The translations under genes were made by a program, and so were the position numbers. 64,000 bases of DNA. Source: Actinomycetota bacterium (GTDB lineage: Bacteria; Actinomycetota; Actinomycetes; Nanopelagicales; Nanopelagicaceae). The first letter of the stretch is position 1; every line of letters starts with the position of its first letter. Shown here piece by piece: positions 18,007 through 28,696 of the stretch. Where the stretch lies: assembly GCA_009698675.1 (NCBI GenBank), contig WLPT01000001.1:27909-91908 (forward strand). The letters run 5' to 3'. The notes beneath the pieces are model-generated. The model worked only from the letters and a program-made list of their open reading frames with translations. It was not told where the DNA came from and ran no database searches.

Positions 18007-19209
18007 TTGAAAAAATATAGAGCCTTATCACTGGCTCTCATCGCGATGCTGACGTTGACTACGGCGCCAGCTCTTGGATCAACCCCTAAACCTACGCTCG
18101 CTCAGATTGAGGCGGCTAAGAAGATTGAGGCGGCTAAGAAAAAAGCCGCAGATGCGCAAGCGGCAAAACTGGCTGCTGCTAATCAAAGCCTGCGCACTCT
18201 GACTGCGAAAGCAAATGCGGCGACTGCCCTGTATGTAAAGGCACAAAAAGAGTTAGCAATAGCACAAGCGGCTGCGAAAGCCGCCGCACAATACGCACTT
18301 GAAACCGCCGCGGCAGTAGATGAGGCACATCGTGTAATTGGAAGACTTGCAGCGAACGCATATATTTTGGGTGGAAGTATGAGTGATATCGAACCATTAT
18401 TAAGTGCAAATGGCCCGCAAGATTTAGTAGATCAACTAAGCACTTTAAGCACTTTAGGTTCTAAGAATACAATTGCCTTGGAAAGATTTAAAGCCGCCGA
18501 GGTTATTGCTCTTGCAGCAAAAAAAGCTGCAGATGACGCAAAAATCGTTCAGCAAAAAGCAACAGACAAAGTTGCGGTTGCAAAAAAAGCTGCAGATGAT
18601 GCCAAAGCCGAGCAGGCGAAAGAAGTTTCTAAGCTACAGAAGATTCAAGATCAATTAATGAAAGAGTTGATGAGTGCGCGCAAAATTCGCACCACTCTTG
18701 AACAGCAGCGCCAGCTCGCTCTTCTAGAAGAGGCCCAAGCCAACCAAGCCGAACAGACACCAGGACAATCAAAAGTTTGGCCCGATCTTGGATTTAAAGG
18801 CCGTTCAACGATTAGAACAACCGAGGCTCAACGCCTAAAGGCTGTGGCCTATGCCAAGAAACAAGTTCTCGCCCGCAAACCGTATGTATGGGGAACTCAA
18901 GGCCCCAATACTTTCGACTGTTCAGGTCTTGTATTTGCCGCTTACCGATCGGCTGGTTTGAATTGGCCAGATTGGGATCGACTCAACTCAGCGCTGTATT
19001 CAGGATATACAAAACACGTTTCACTCAATGAGCTTGTGCCAGGCGACCTTCTCTTCTACTCATACAAAGGCACGATTTCGACGATTCACCACATCACTAT
19101 CTATGCCGGAAATGGCATGATGTGGGAGGCAAACTCAAGGAATGCCGGCCTGCTGTACTCAAGTATTTATAGCGTAAAGGGACTTATGCCCTTTGGTGGT
19201 CGGGTCTAG
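18007..19209 (+). CDS. coiled-coil NlpC/P60 (C40) peptidoglycan endopeptidase
   Basis: Signal peptide, Ala/Lys coiled coil, PYVWG..GP..FDCSGL, H. Confidence 0.92.
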   Translation: MKKYRALSLALIAMLTLTTAPALGSTPKPTLAQIEAAKKIEAAKKKAADAQAAKLAAANQSLRTLTAKANAATALYVKAQKELAIAQAAAKAAAQYALETAAAVDEAHRVIGRLAANAYILGGSMSDIEPLLSANGPQDLVDQLSTLSTLGSKNTIALERFKAAEVIALAAKKAADDAKIVQQKATDKVAVAKKAADDAKAEQAKEVSKLQKIQDQLMKELMSARKIRTTLEQQRQLALLEEAQANQAEQTPGQSKVWPDLGFKGRSTIRTTEAQRLKAVAYAKKQVLARKPYVWGTQGPNTFDCSGLVFAAYRSAGLNWPDWDRLNSALYSGYTKHVSLNELVPGDLLFYSYKGTISTIHHITIYAGNGMMWEANSRNAGLLYSSIYSVKGLMPFGGRV

Positions 19210-19218
19210 TCTTAGCTT

Positions 19219-20175
19219 ATGAAGTCCAGTGCACCAGCGATTAGAAGTGCAGTGCGCATCTGGTTGGAAAAACTTGAGGCGGGCGACTTAGTACTTGTTG
19301 CTATTTCAGGTGGTACTGATTCACTTTCACTTGCATACGCGCTCTCACTTGAGGCGCCAAAGTTAGCAATTCAAATTCATGCCGTGACAGTTGATCATCA
19401 ACTGCAACCTGGATCAGGTAAGCAAGCCGAAGCGGTAGTCTCTCAAATGAAATTATTAGGAATTGAAACGACAATCGAAAAAGTAACTGTCGATATTACT
19501 GAAGGCCTTGAAGCCTCAGCACGTAAAGCTAGGTACGCCGCATTGGATGCAATTGGAAATAAAGTAAATGCAGTTGCAATTTTCTTAGGACACACCCGTG
19601 ATGACCAAGCTGAAAGCGTTTTATTAGGGTTAGCCCGAGGCTCAGGTACGCGATCCCTATCTGGAATGGCAGCGCAGAATGGTAAATATATCCGCCCACT
19701 ACTTTCAATTACACGTATCCAAACGGAAAGTGTATGCAATGAATTTAATTTAGATCCCTGGAATGATCCTCATAACTCTGACTCAAGCTTTGCGCGAGTA
19801 CGCGTGCGCAGAGAAGCGATCCCAACTCTTGAAAAAACTATTGGCCCTGGAATTTCTGAGGCACTTGCCCGCAGTGCCCAGCTCTTGAGAGATGATGCCG
19901 ACGCTCTCGATGGATGGGCCGAGCGCGAGATAGGGCAGTTAGATTTGGCAGATCTAGATTGTGAGTACCTCTCGGGGCTGCCTCAGGCCATCCGCAGTCG
20001 CATTATCCGAGAGGCGATTTTCGCCGCAGGCGCCCCCTCTGGCTCGATTTCAGCCGACCATGTGAGCCTGGTTGAGGCCTTAGTCACGTCGTGGAGCGGG
20101 CAAGGGGCATCTGACCTGCCTGGTGGTGTGAAGGTTGAGCGTTTTTCGGGCAGACTTTCGCTCTTACGTAACTGA
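19219..20175 (+). CDS. tilS: tRNA(Ile)-lysidine synthetase
   Basis: SGGTDS PP-loop, GHTRDDQAE, synteny with hpt. Confidence 0.95.
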   Translation: MKSSAPAIRSAVRIWLEKLEAGDLVLVAISGGTDSLSLAYALSLEAPKLAIQIHAVTVDHQLQPGSGKQAEAVVSQMKLLGIETTIEKVTVDITEGLEASARKARYAALDAIGNKVNAVAIFLGHTRDDQAESVLLGLARGSGTRSLSGMAAQNGKYIRPLLSITRIQTESVCNEFNLDPWNDPHNSDSSFARVRVRREAIPTLEKTIGPGISEALARSAQLLRDDADALDGWAEREIGQLDLADLDCEYLSGLPQAIRSRIIREAIFAAGAPSGSISADHVSLVEALVTSWSGQGASDLPGGVKVERFSGRLSLLRN

Positions 20176-20191
20176 GCCAAAGGGAGCCTTC

Positions 20192-20743
20192 GTGGATTTA
20201 GCTGGAGTAGAAAACGAGATCGAACGTGTTGTTGTAACTGAGGCCGAACTACAAGTAAAGATTAAAGAGCTTGCAGCACGCGTCGATAAAGATTACGAAG
20301 GCAAAGATCTTCTTTTAATCGGTGTTCTCAAAGGTGCGGTCATGGCGATGGCCGATCTCTCACGCGCACTCCAGCGTCATGTTGAAATGGATTGGATGGC
20401 TGTTTCATCCTACGGCTCTGGCACAAAATCTAGCGGTGTAGTTCGAATCCTTAAAGACTTAGATCGCGATATAACTGGCCGAAATGTTTTAATCGTAGAA
20501 GACATCGTCGATTCCGGATTAACTCTTTCGTGGCTTAAGGCAAACCTTGAATCGCGTGGAGTAGGAAGCGTTGAGATTCTATCGATCCTACGCAAGCCGG
20601 ATGCGGCAAAGGTTAAGGTCGATGTTAAATATGTTGGCTTTGAAATTCCAACAGATTTCGTTGTTGGGTATGGTCTCGATTTTGATGAAAAATATCGCAA
20701 CCTCCCATTTATCGCAGTGCTTGCCAAGCACATGTATTCATAA
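20192..20743 (+). CDS. hpt: hypoxanthine phosphoribosyltransferase
   Basis: VLKGA, IVEDIVDSGLT, FVVGYGLD. Confidence 0.96.
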   Translation: MDLAGVENEIERVVVTEAELQVKIKELAARVDKDYEGKDLLLIGVLKGAVMAMADLSRALQRHVEMDWMAVSSYGSGTKSSGVVRILKDLDRDITGRNVLIVEDIVDSGLTLSWLKANLESRGVGSVEILSILRKPDAAKVKVDVKYVGFEIPTDFVVGYGLDFDEKYRNLPFIAVLAKHMYS

Positions 20744-20770
20744 GCCCTTAAGAAACGAGAAATTAAAAAC

Positions 20771-22831
20771 ATGTCTGAAGCAAAGAAGCCCGTTAAGAAG
20801 CCGGCGAAGAAAAGCCCACTCAAAAAGAGTTTTACCGGAAGTGCATCACCTAAGAAACCTGCTACCCGTGCTGGTCGAATATTTCGTGGCCCGCTATTTT
20901 GGATTCTCGTGGCAATCTTTGCGGTCTCAATTTTTGGTCAGATTACTTCGGCAGGAAATCGATATACCCAGATAGAAACCTCACAAGCTTTAGATGCTAT
21001 TGCTCAGTCCAAGGTTGAATCAGCCGAAGTAGTAGATAAAGATCAAAAGATTCGTTTGATCTTAAAGCCAGGATCGACAATTAAGGGTGCCACTAAGGTA
21101 GAGGCCTCATATGTGGCCCGCCAAGAGCCCACTTTGGTTGATGCACTTACCTCTAATCCACCATCAAAGGGCTGGAACGTTAGAGTTCCATCACAATCAC
21201 TTTTAGTCTCATTTCTCTTTTCAATAATCCCATTCTTGTTAATTGGCTTCCTCTTCTTTTGGATGATGAGCCAAGCTCAAGGTGGAAATAAAGTCTTTCA
21301 GTTTGGTAAATCCCGTGCGAAACTACAGAATAACGATGTCCCAAAGACAACTTTCAAGGATGTCGCAGGTGCCGACGAGGCCATTGCCGAACTCGAAGAG
21401 ATTAAAGATTTCCTAGCTAACCCAGATAAATATGGAGTGCTAGGTGCAAAAATTCCAAAGGGCGTACTGCTCTTTGGTCCGCCAGGAACTGGAAAAACCC
21501 TCCTTGCTCGAGCAGTTGCCGGTGAGGCAGGAGTTCCTTTCTACTCGATTTCAGGATCTGATTTTGTAGAAATGTTTGTAGGCGTCGGTGCGGCTCGAGT
21601 GCGTGATTTATTTAATCAAGCGAAAGAAAATGCACCTGCAATCGTCTTTGTAGATGAGATCGATGCAGTTGGCCGCCAACGTGGTACAGGTATGGGTGGT
21701 GGACACGATGAACGTGAACAGACACTCAATCAACTCTTGGTTGAAATGGATGGCTTTGAAGAGAACACAAAGGTGATTTTAATTGCCGCAACAAATCGCC
21801 CTGATGTTTTAGATCCAGCGCTTTTGCGACCTGGACGCTTCGATCGACAGATCGCCGTAGACCGTCCAGATCTAAAAGGGCGTGAGGCAATTCTGGCGGT
21901 ACATGCAAAGAACAAGCCACTTAGCCAAGATGTGAAACTTATTGACTATGCACGTCGCACTCCTGGATTTACAGGTGCAGACCTTGCAAATGTACTCAAT
22001 GAGGCTGCACTTTTGACTGCACGTGAAGAGAAGAAAGTTATTTCAAATATCGAATTAGACGAGGCGATCGATCGTGTAATGGCCGGACCTCAACGTAAAT
22101 CGCGCATCATGAGCGATGACGAACGACGCGTTACTGCATATCACGAGGCCGGACACGCTCTTGTCGCTCATGCCCTGCCGCATACTGATCCGGTTCATAA
22201 GATCACGATCATGCCGCGTGGCCGAGCACTTGGTTACACGATGATTCTTCCTGATGAAGATCGCTACTCAACAACACGCAATCAACTCCTTGATCAATTG
22301 GCATACTCACTCGGTGGTCGTGCGGCAGAAGAGTTAATCTTCCACGATCCATCAACTGGTGCGTCAAATGATATTGAGAAGGCAAGCGCACTAGCCCGCG
22401 CAATGGTCACTCAATACGGAATGACTGAAGCGATTGGCGCAATCAAACTAGGCGCCAACAGTGATGCCCCATTTATGGGTCGCGACTACGGTCATCAACG
22501 CGATTACTCAGAGAGTATTGCTGGTCTCGTTGATAGCGAAATCCGTAAACTTATTGAAAACGCACATCAAGAGGCTTTTGATATCTTGGTTGCAAACCGA
22601 AAGATTTTAGATGAGATGGTCCTAGAACTTCTTGATAAAGAGACGCTCAATAAAGAGGAGATCTCAAAGATTTTCAAGAAAGTTAAATCCGTGACTGCAC
22701 GACCTGCATGGACGGGTTCAATAACACGTATACCTTCTGATCAACCACCTGTTGAAGTGCCTGCACGCGTTGTAGCTACTGAAGTTAAGAAGCCAACACG
22801 TCGCAAGAAGGCATCAAGTGACGATCAATAA
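20771..22831 (+). CDS. ftsH: ATP-dependent zinc metalloprotease FtsH
   Basis: 2 [15 protein letters not shown]. Confidence 0.97.
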   Translation: MSEAKKPVKKPAKKSPLKKSFTGSASPKKPATRAGRIFRGPLFWILVAIFAVSIFGQITSAGNRYTQIETSQALDAIAQSKVESAEVVDKDQKIRLILKPGSTIKGATKVEASYVARQEPTLVDALTSNPPSKGWNVRVPSQSLLVSFLFSIIPFLLIGFLFFWMMSQAQGGNKVFQFGKSRAKLQNNDVPKTTFKDVAGADEAIAELEEIKDFLANPDKYGVLGAKIPKGVLLFGPPGTGKTLLARAVAGEAGVPFYSISGSDFVEMFVGVGAARVRDLFNQAKENAPAIVFVDEIDAVGRQRGTGMGGGHDEREQTLNQLLVEMDGFEENTKVILIAATNRPDVLDPALLRPGRFDRQIAVDRPDLKGREAILAVHAKNKPLSQDVKLIDYARRTPGFTGADLANVLNEAALLTAREEKKVISNIELDEAIDRVMAGPQRKSRIMSDDERRVTAYHEAGHALVAHALPHTDPVHKITIMPRGRALGYTMILPDEDRYSTTRNQLLDQLAYSLGGRAAEELIFHDPSTGASNDIEKASALARAMVTQYGMTEAIGAIKLGANSDAPFMGRDYGHQRDYSESIAGLVDSEIRKLIENAHQEAFDILVANRKILDEMVLELLDKETLNKEEISKIFKKVKSVTARPAWTGSITRIPSDQPPVEVPARVVATEVKKPTRRKKASSDDQ

Positions 22832-23420
22832 GCTTTCCGTCACTGATGGGCGCGCATCTGGTCCTTATGATCAAGAGCGCGCCGAAAGAGCGGTGCGTGA
22901 ACTGCTTTTAGCTCTCGGTGAAGATCCAGATCGCGAGGGCCTGAAAGAGACCCCTGCTCGTGTTGCTCGTGCGATGAAAGAAAACTTTGGAGGTCTTTGG
23001 CAGACTCCGGAAGAGGTTTTAACTACGACCTTCGATATCGGCCATGAAGAACTGGTAATTGTTCGCGACATTGAAGTGTTTTCGCATTGCGAACACCACC
23101 TAACACCTTTCCATGGTGTGGCACATATTGGATATATCCCGCGCGGGAAAATTACAGGCCTTTCAAAGTTAGCTCGATTGGTAGATGTATATGCCAAGCG
23201 GCCTCAGGTGCAGGAGCGATTAACAACTCAAATCGCCGATGCACTAGTTTCGATTCTCGATCCGCTAGGCGTGATTGTAATTATTGACTGTGAGCATTTG
23301 TGTATGTCAATGCGTGGAGTCAAGAAATCGCAAGCAAGAACAACGACCAGTGCCGTACGTGGTGCATTGCTCAATGCCGCTACCCGTGCAGAGGCGATCA
23401 GTCTCATTACACATAGGTAA
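22818..23420 (+). CDS. folE: GTP cyclohydrolase I
   Basis: [20 protein letters not shown]. Confidence 0.96.
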   Translation: MTINKLSVTDGRASGPYDQERAERAVRELLLALGEDPDREGLKETPARVARAMKENFGGLWQTPEEVLTTTFDIGHEELVIVRDIEVFSHCEHHLTPFHGVAHIGYIPRGKITGLSKLARLVDVYAKRPQVQERLTTQIADALVSILDPLGVIVIIDCEHLCMSMRGVKKSQARTTTSAVRGALLNAATRAEAISLITHR

Positions 23421-23425
23421 TTACT

Positions 23426-24181
23426 ATGTTGGTTATGGGCATTCTCAATATCACACCCGATTCATTTGCCGATGGCGGACGTTACAACTCATTTGAAACT
23501 GCAGTTCAACGCGCTCACGAAATGATTACAGAAGGTGTAGACATTATCGATATCGGCGGGGAATCAACACGCCCTGGTGCCGACCGTGTTAGTGAAGAAG
23601 AGGAACAGTCCCGAGTGATCCCGGTAATAAGCGAGTTAGCCAATACGGGCGTACGTATTAGCATCGATACGATGCGTGCAAGCACCGCTAGAGCCGCTGT
23701 TGCCGCAGGTGCCACGTTAATTAATGATGTAAGCGGAGGGCTAGCAGATCCTGAAATGTTACAAACGGCTGCTGCGCTTAAAGTTCCATATATTGCGATG
23801 CATTGGCGTGGTCAATCTAAAGATATGAACTCGCTCGCAAATTATGAGAACGTAGTTCGCGAAGTTATTTCAGAGCTTCAGGAACGAATCTCTGCAGCAC
23901 ACGATGCAGGAGTAACAAAGGAAAACTTGATAATCGATCCAGGTTTGGGCTTTGCTAAAGATGCACACCACAACTGGGAAATCATTGATCATGTTGGTGA
24001 TCTAGTAAGCCTCGGGTATCCGCTTCTAATCGGAGGCTCCCGCAAGCGATTTCTTGGCGGGGATTCACCGGATGGGCGTGAAGCAGCAAGTATCGAGCTA
24101 ACAAAACGCCTTTCCACCTCTGGTATTTGGGGAGTTAGAGTTCACTCCGTGAAGCCTCATAAAGAAGCGCTAATGGTATGA
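23426..24181 (+). CDS. folP: dihydropteroate synthase
   Basis: NITPDSFADGG, GGESTRPG, SRKRF. Confidence 0.96.
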   Translation: MLVMGILNITPDSFADGGRYNSFETAVQRAHEMITEGVDIIDIGGESTRPGADRVSEEEEQSRVIPVISELANTGVRISIDTMRASTARAAVAAGATLINDVSGGLADPEMLQTAAALKVPYIAMHWRGQSKDMNSLANYENVVREVISELQERISAAHDAGVTKENLIIDPGLGFAKDAHHNWEIIDHVGDLVSLGYPLLIGGSRKRFLGGDSPDGREAASIELTKRLSTSGIWGVRVHSVKPHKEALMV

Positions 24182-24540
24182 GCGACCAGATTCTACTTAG
24201 CGGTATTCATGGCTTTGGATACCACGGCCTCTTTGAGCATGAGCGCGTTAACGGGCAGGATTTTTTCGTTGATCTAGCGTTGACAGTTGATCTAGGCCCA
24301 GCCTCGGTAAGTGATTCGATTGACGATACCGTGAATTATGCAGAGATCACCGAATTGGTTGTAAGTGCGATTACAACCGAACCTGTTTCACTCATTGAAA
24401 AACTTGCAGGGCGTATCGCGGAGCAAATTTTGATTTCTCATCTAAAAGTTGTTGCAGTTACAGTGACAGTTCATAAACCACAAGCTCCAGTTGCAGCTTC
24501 GATCAAAGATATCGCCGTAGCGATAACACGCACACGATGA
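24178..24540 (+). CDS. folB: dihydroneopterin aldolase
   Basis: GYHG...E, VNYA, HKPQAP. Confidence 0.95.
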   Translation: MSDQILLSGIHGFGYHGLFEHERVNGQDFFVDLALTVDLGPASVSDSIDDTVNYAEITELVVSAITTEPVSLIEKLAGRIAEQILISHLKVVAVTVTVHKPQAPVAASIKDIAVAITRTR

Positions 24541-24992
24541 GAGCGATTATCGCTCTTGGTGCCAACCTTGGTAATCCAAATGAGAATATAGAAATCGCAA
24601 TTAAACTTCTACAAGAAGCAACAGATGTAATAGCTATCTCCTCGTACTACACAACGGCACCTGTTGGTGGACCAGCCCAACCTGACTATGTAAATGCCAT
24701 CTGTATTATCGAAAGCGATCTGCCCGCCTTGGATTTACTCTCACTATTACAAGGAATTGAAAAAAGCATGGGTCGCGAGCGTGTAGTGCGATGGGGAGCT
24801 CGCACTATCGATTTGGATTTAATTCAATATGGAGGCATCTTGAGCCAGAGCGTCGAGCTAGAACTGCCACATCCCCGTGCCCATGAGCGCAGATTTGTTT
24901 TGGAGCCTTGGTTGGAAGTCGATCCAGATGCGGTACTTCTGACGCATGGTCGTATTGATCAGATTTTGGCGCAATTGCCCACTACCCCGTAA
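24537..24992 (+). CDS. folK: HPPK (2-amino-4-hydroxy-6-hydroxymethyldihydropteridine pyrophosphokinase)
   Basis: LGANLG, RWGARTIDLD, PHPR. Confidence 0.95.
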   Translation: MRAIIALGANLGNPNENIEIAIKLLQEATDVIAISSYYTTAPVGGPAQPDYVNAICIIESDLPALDLLSLLQGIEKSMGRERVVRWGARTIDLDLIQYGGILSQSVELELPHPRAHERRFVLEPWLEVDPDAVLLTHGRIDQILAQLPTTP

Positions 24993-25009
24993 ACTTTAAG
25001 ACACCTCGC

Positions 25010-25029
25010 CCGGTACCTGAAAGGACTGG
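25010..25029 (+). promoter_or_regulatory. bulged-A hairpin covering the panC ribosome-binding site
   Basis: CCGGT-A-CCT-GAA-AGG-ACTGG; -10 TAAACT at 24990-24995. Confidence 0.4.
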
Positions 25030-25035
25030 AGCCAT

Positions 25036-25785
25036 ATGAGCGTTTTAGTTCCAACGATGGGTGCCCTTCATAAAGGCCACCAAGCGTTGATTAAGCGTGC
25101 GCGCAGCATAAGCAAAGAGGTCGTAGTCAGCATATTTATTAATCCACTTCAATTTGAAAACGCTGACGATATTGCAAACTACCCTCGCAGCCCAGAGCGC
25201 GATATTCAACTGGCAACACTTGCTGGAGCAACTGAGATCTGGATGCCAGATTATGAAGAGATCTATCCGGGGGAGATTACAAAGTTAAAGGCCTCGCCTA
25301 TTGGTGATCTCTATGAAGGTAAGTCCCGCCCAGAACATTTTGACGCAGTTGTAACAGTAGTTAATCGTTTGTTTGAAATAGTAAAGCCAGAGAAGGCGAT
25401 ATTTGGAGAAAAGGATTTTCAGCAACTACAGATTATTCGTGCGATGAAGAGTTCAGTGGAGATTATTGGAGTGCCGACTGTACGTGAATATGATGGCCTG
25501 GCCCTCTCTTCTAGAAATATTCGATTAAGCCAATCAGGTCGAGTCAGTGCAAATGTAATTTATCGAGCAATGGCTGCAGCCCGTTTGGCTCCAACAGTGG
25601 CAATCGCTCAAGAGATTATTGATACAACAATATCGACTGAAGCTGGATTTACATGTGATTATGCTCAGATTATAGATGAAGATAGTTTTGCTCTAGCTGT
25701 AGATTCGACAAAATTTAAACGTGCGATTATTGCCGGTTGGATCGATGGCGTGCGCTTGATTGACAACATGCGAATGGGTGCCTGA
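25036..25785 (+). CDS. panC: pantoate--beta-alanine ligase
   Basis: VPTMGALH, INPLQF, FGEKDFQQ, SSRN, RLIDN. Confidence 0.95.
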   Translation: MSVLVPTMGALHKGHQALIKRARSISKEVVVSIFINPLQFENADDIANYPRSPERDIQLATLAGATEIWMPDYEEIYPGEITKLKASPIGDLYEGKSRPEHFDAVVTVVNRLFEIVKPEKAIFGEKDFQQLQIIRAMKSSVEIIGVPTVREYDGLALSSRNIRLSQSGRVSANVIYRAMAAARLAPTVAIAQEIIDTTISTEAGFTCDYAQIIDEDSFALAVDSTKFKRAIIAGWIDGVRLIDNMRMGA

Positions 25786-26549
25786 TGCTGCTAACAATAG
25801 ATGTAGGTAATACAAATACCGTTCTAGGTATATTTGATGGCGAGGATTTAATTCGTTCTTGGCGAGTAAAAACCGATCCTCGGAGTACGGCCGATGAACT
25901 CTGGCTGCAATTTCGATCACTAGTAGAGGGTTACTCAGTGACTGGCTTATCGATTTGTTCAACTGTTCCAGCGGTATTGCGCGAACTTCGAAGCATGATC
26001 GGCGATTACTTTGCCGATGTTCGAACAACAATTGTTGAACCAGGCATTAAAACGGGTGTTCCATTGCTAGTTGATAATCCAAAAGAGATTGGTGCCGACC
26101 GCATAGTAAATACCTTAGCTGTGCACACATTATTTGGTGGGCCTGCGATCGTTGTAGATTTTGGAACATCGACAAATCTCGATGTCGTATCTCCCAAAGG
26201 GGAGTTTTTGGGCGGAGCCCTTGCCCCAGGTATTGAAATCTCTGTTGATGCATTGGCTGCACGTGCGGCACAACTGCGAAAGGTCGAACTTGTTAGGCCC
26301 AAGAATGTCATTGGAAAAAATACGGTTGAAGCGCTGCAGTCGGGGACTATATTCGGCTTTGCCGGGCAGGTTGACGGTTTAGTCGACCGCATTACTGCCG
26401 AATTGGCCGAGAGTTATTCTGGCAGGCCAAAGGTTATTGCGACCGGTGGATTAGCACCTTTAATGATTGGGGTTTCAGAAACGATCACGGATCACGAACC
26501 GGATTTAACGCTCATTGGCCTTCGTCTAATTCACGAACGAAATGCCTAA
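25785..26549 (+). CDS. coaX: type III pantothenate kinase
   Basis: IDVGNTN, GADR, DFGT, TGG. Confidence 0.95.
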   Translation: MLLTIDVGNTNTVLGIFDGEDLIRSWRVKTDPRSTADELWLQFRSLVEGYSVTGLSICSTVPAVLRELRSMIGDYFADVRTTIVEPGIKTGVPLLVDNPKEIGADRIVNTLAVHTLFGGPAIVVDFGTSTNLDVVSPKGEFLGGALAPGIEISVDALAARAAQLRKVELVRPKNVIGKNTVEALQSGTIFGFAGQVDGLVDRITAELAESYSGRPKVIATGGLAPLMIGVSETITDHEPDLTLIGLRLIHERNA

Positions 26550-26569
26550 CTCGCTAGACTCCCACCATT

Positions 26570-28075
26570 ATGAGTAACGAAAACCCACCCATCGAAGAGG
26601 ATTTGCCTGAGCAGTTGCGTATTCGTCGCGAAAAGCGAGCAGCCCTCATCGAAAGTGGTATCGAGCCGTATCCAGTATCGGTACCCCGTACGAAGTCGCT
26701 TTTAGAGGCACGTACCCAGCATGCAGGGTTAGAGATCGACACGGCAACGGGAGTTACTGAAAGCCTAACCGGTCGAATTATCTTTAAGCGCGATACGGGC
26801 AAACTATGTTTTGCAACATTGCGCGAAGGTGATGGAACAGAACTTCAAGCAATGCTCTCGTTGGATAAAGTCGGCCAGGAATCTATTGATTCGTGGAAGT
26901 CCGATATCGATTTAGGTGACATTGTTTCAGTTACTGGCGAAATTATTACATCAAAGCGCGGTGAACTCTCAATCCTTGCGACATCGTGGAAGATTGCATC
27001 TAAGTCGCTACGTCCACTTCCAAATGATCACAAGCCGATGTCTGAAGAAACTCGCGTGCGAATGCGATATGTTGATTTAATTGTTCGTCCCGAGGCTCGA
27101 TCAAATGCTCGCCTACGTCCAGCGGTTATGAGTTCGCTAAGAAATACTTTCGCGGAAGCAGATTTTATAGAAGTTGAAACTCCAATGCTTCAGGTTATGC
27201 ATGGTGGGGCTACAGCTCGCCCATTTAAGTCCTTCTCAAATGCCTATGATATGGATCTCTACTTACGTATTGCTCCAGAGCTATTTCTCAAGCGCTGCGT
27301 TGTTGGTGGCATAGAGCGAGTCTTTGAAATTAACCGTAATTTTCGCAATGAGGGCGCTGATTCATCACACTCACCTGAATTTGCGATGATTGAAAGTTAT
27401 CAGGCATATGGCGACTGGAAGTCGATCGCAGAGTTAACACGCAAACTTGTCCAAAATGCAGCCATGGCAGTTTCAGGCTCCCACATCGTCACACATCACG
27501 ATGGTCGCCAGGCCGACCTTGGAGGCAACTGGCGCGAAATCTCCTTATATGACGCTATCTCTGAAGGGGTCGGCGAGAGCGTAACCGCCTTGACTCCGAT
27601 TGCAGAGTTAAAAACAATTGCAACAAAACTAGGAATCAAGATTGATCCGAAGTGGATAACCGGCAAGTTAGCCGAAGAGATTTTTGAGCACGTTGCAAAA
27701 GATCAATTGATTGAACCAACTTATGTCATGGGTTTCCCGGTAGACACATCTCCGCTTGTTCGCGCACATCGCGAACTCCCAGGCGTTGCCGAAAAGTGGG
27801 ATCTATATATTGATGGTTTTGAATTAGCCACGGGTTACTCCGAGCTCATCGACCCAGTTATTCAAAGAGAGCGTTTAGTCGAGCAATCATCTCTTGGCGC
27901 TAACGGAGATCTCGAAGCGATGCAGGTCGATGAAGATTTTTTGCGAGCGATGGAGTTTGGCATGCCACCTATGGGAGGCATGGGAATGGGCGTAGATCGT
28001 TTACTAATGGCGCTAACAGGTCTTGGAATTCGTGAAACTATTTTGTTCCCATTAGTTAAACCTGAAGCTGATTAA
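26570..28075 (+). CDS. lysS: lysine--tRNA ligase (class II)
   Basis: OB-fold, LRIAPEL, FRNEG, GMGVDRL. Confidence 0.96.
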   Translation: MSNENPPIEEDLPEQLRIRREKRAALIESGIEPYPVSVPRTKSLLEARTQHAGLEIDTATGVTESLTGRIIFKRDTGKLCFATLREGDGTELQAMLSLDKVGQESIDSWKSDIDLGDIVSVTGEIITSKRGELSILATSWKIASKSLRPLPNDHKPMSEETRVRMRYVDLIVRPEARSNARLRPAVMSSLRNTFAEADFIEVETPMLQVMHGGATARPFKSFSNAYDMDLYLRIAPELFLKRCVVGGIERVFEINRNFRNEGADSSHSPEFAMIESYQAYGDWKSIAELTRKLVQNAAMAVSGSHIVTHHDGRQADLGGNWREISLYDAISEGVGESVTALTPIAELKTIATKLGIKIDPKWITGKLAEEIFEHVAKDQLIEPTYVMGFPVDTSPLVRAHRELPGVAEKWDLYIDGFELATGYSELIDPVIQRERLVEQSSLGANGDLEAMQVDEDFLRAMEFGMPPMGGMGMGVDRLLMALTGLGIRETILFPLVKPEAD

Positions 28076-28077
28076 GC

Positions 28078-28572
28078 ATGGAGATTCGTCCCGCTCGTAC
28101 GAGCGATATTAAAGGTATCCGTGCGCTCATTGACTCGTATGCGCCCGAGGGCCGCCTCTTAACTAAAGAGACTGTAACGCTATATGAAAGTGTTCAAGAG
28201 TTTACGGTTGCAGTAGATGACAACATAGTTGTTGGCTGCGGCGCAGTTCACGTTCTCTGGGAGGATTTAGCAGAGGTTCGCACCGTTGCCGTTGCAGAGA
28301 ATCATCGCGGCAAGGGGATTGGACATTTAATTCTCGATTCAATAATTGTGCGCGCTGAAATGTTGGGTGTTAAACGGATTTTTTGCCTAACTTTTGAGAC
28401 TGAGTTCTTTGGCCGACATGGTTTTGAAGTTATTGAAGGAACACCAGTTGATCCGACGGTATATGCCGAACTGCTGCGTTCATACGATGCCGGTGTCGCT
28501 GAGTTCTTAGATCTAGAATCGGCCAAGCCAAATACATTGGGAAACACCAGAATGCTGAGGATTTTGGCCTAG
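28078..28572 (+). CDS. argA: amino-acid N-acetyltransferase (short ArgA, GNAT)
   Basis: LHVLWEDLAEVRT-type motif, FCLTFE..FF, PNTLGNTRM. Confidence 0.85.
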   Translation: MEIRPARTSDIKGIRALIDSYAPEGRLLTKETVTLYESVQEFTVAVDDNIVVGCGAVHVLWEDLAEVRTVAVAENHRGKGIGHLILDSIIVRAEMLGVKRIFCLTFETEFFGRHGFEVIEGTPVDPTVYAELLRSYDAGVAEFLDLESAKPNTLGNTRMLRILA

Positions 28573-28696
28573 ATATAGGGCTATTCGGGGCATAAAAGCC
28601 CCACCTCTAGGGTTGTATCTGACAAGCCTTATCCACCTCGCGGTCATGCGCCTACAGGTATTAGGCTTAACGAATCGAATAAGAAGGAGTACGCCG

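Noticed and set aside
18104-18140. 18-bp direct repeat in the NlpC/P60 gene
   Set aside because: In-frame coiled-coil repeat (QIEAAK KIEAAK); not CRISPR or an attachment site.
28629-28637. DnaA-box-like TTATCCACC upstream of clpC
   Set aside because: Single imperfect copy; expected by chance.
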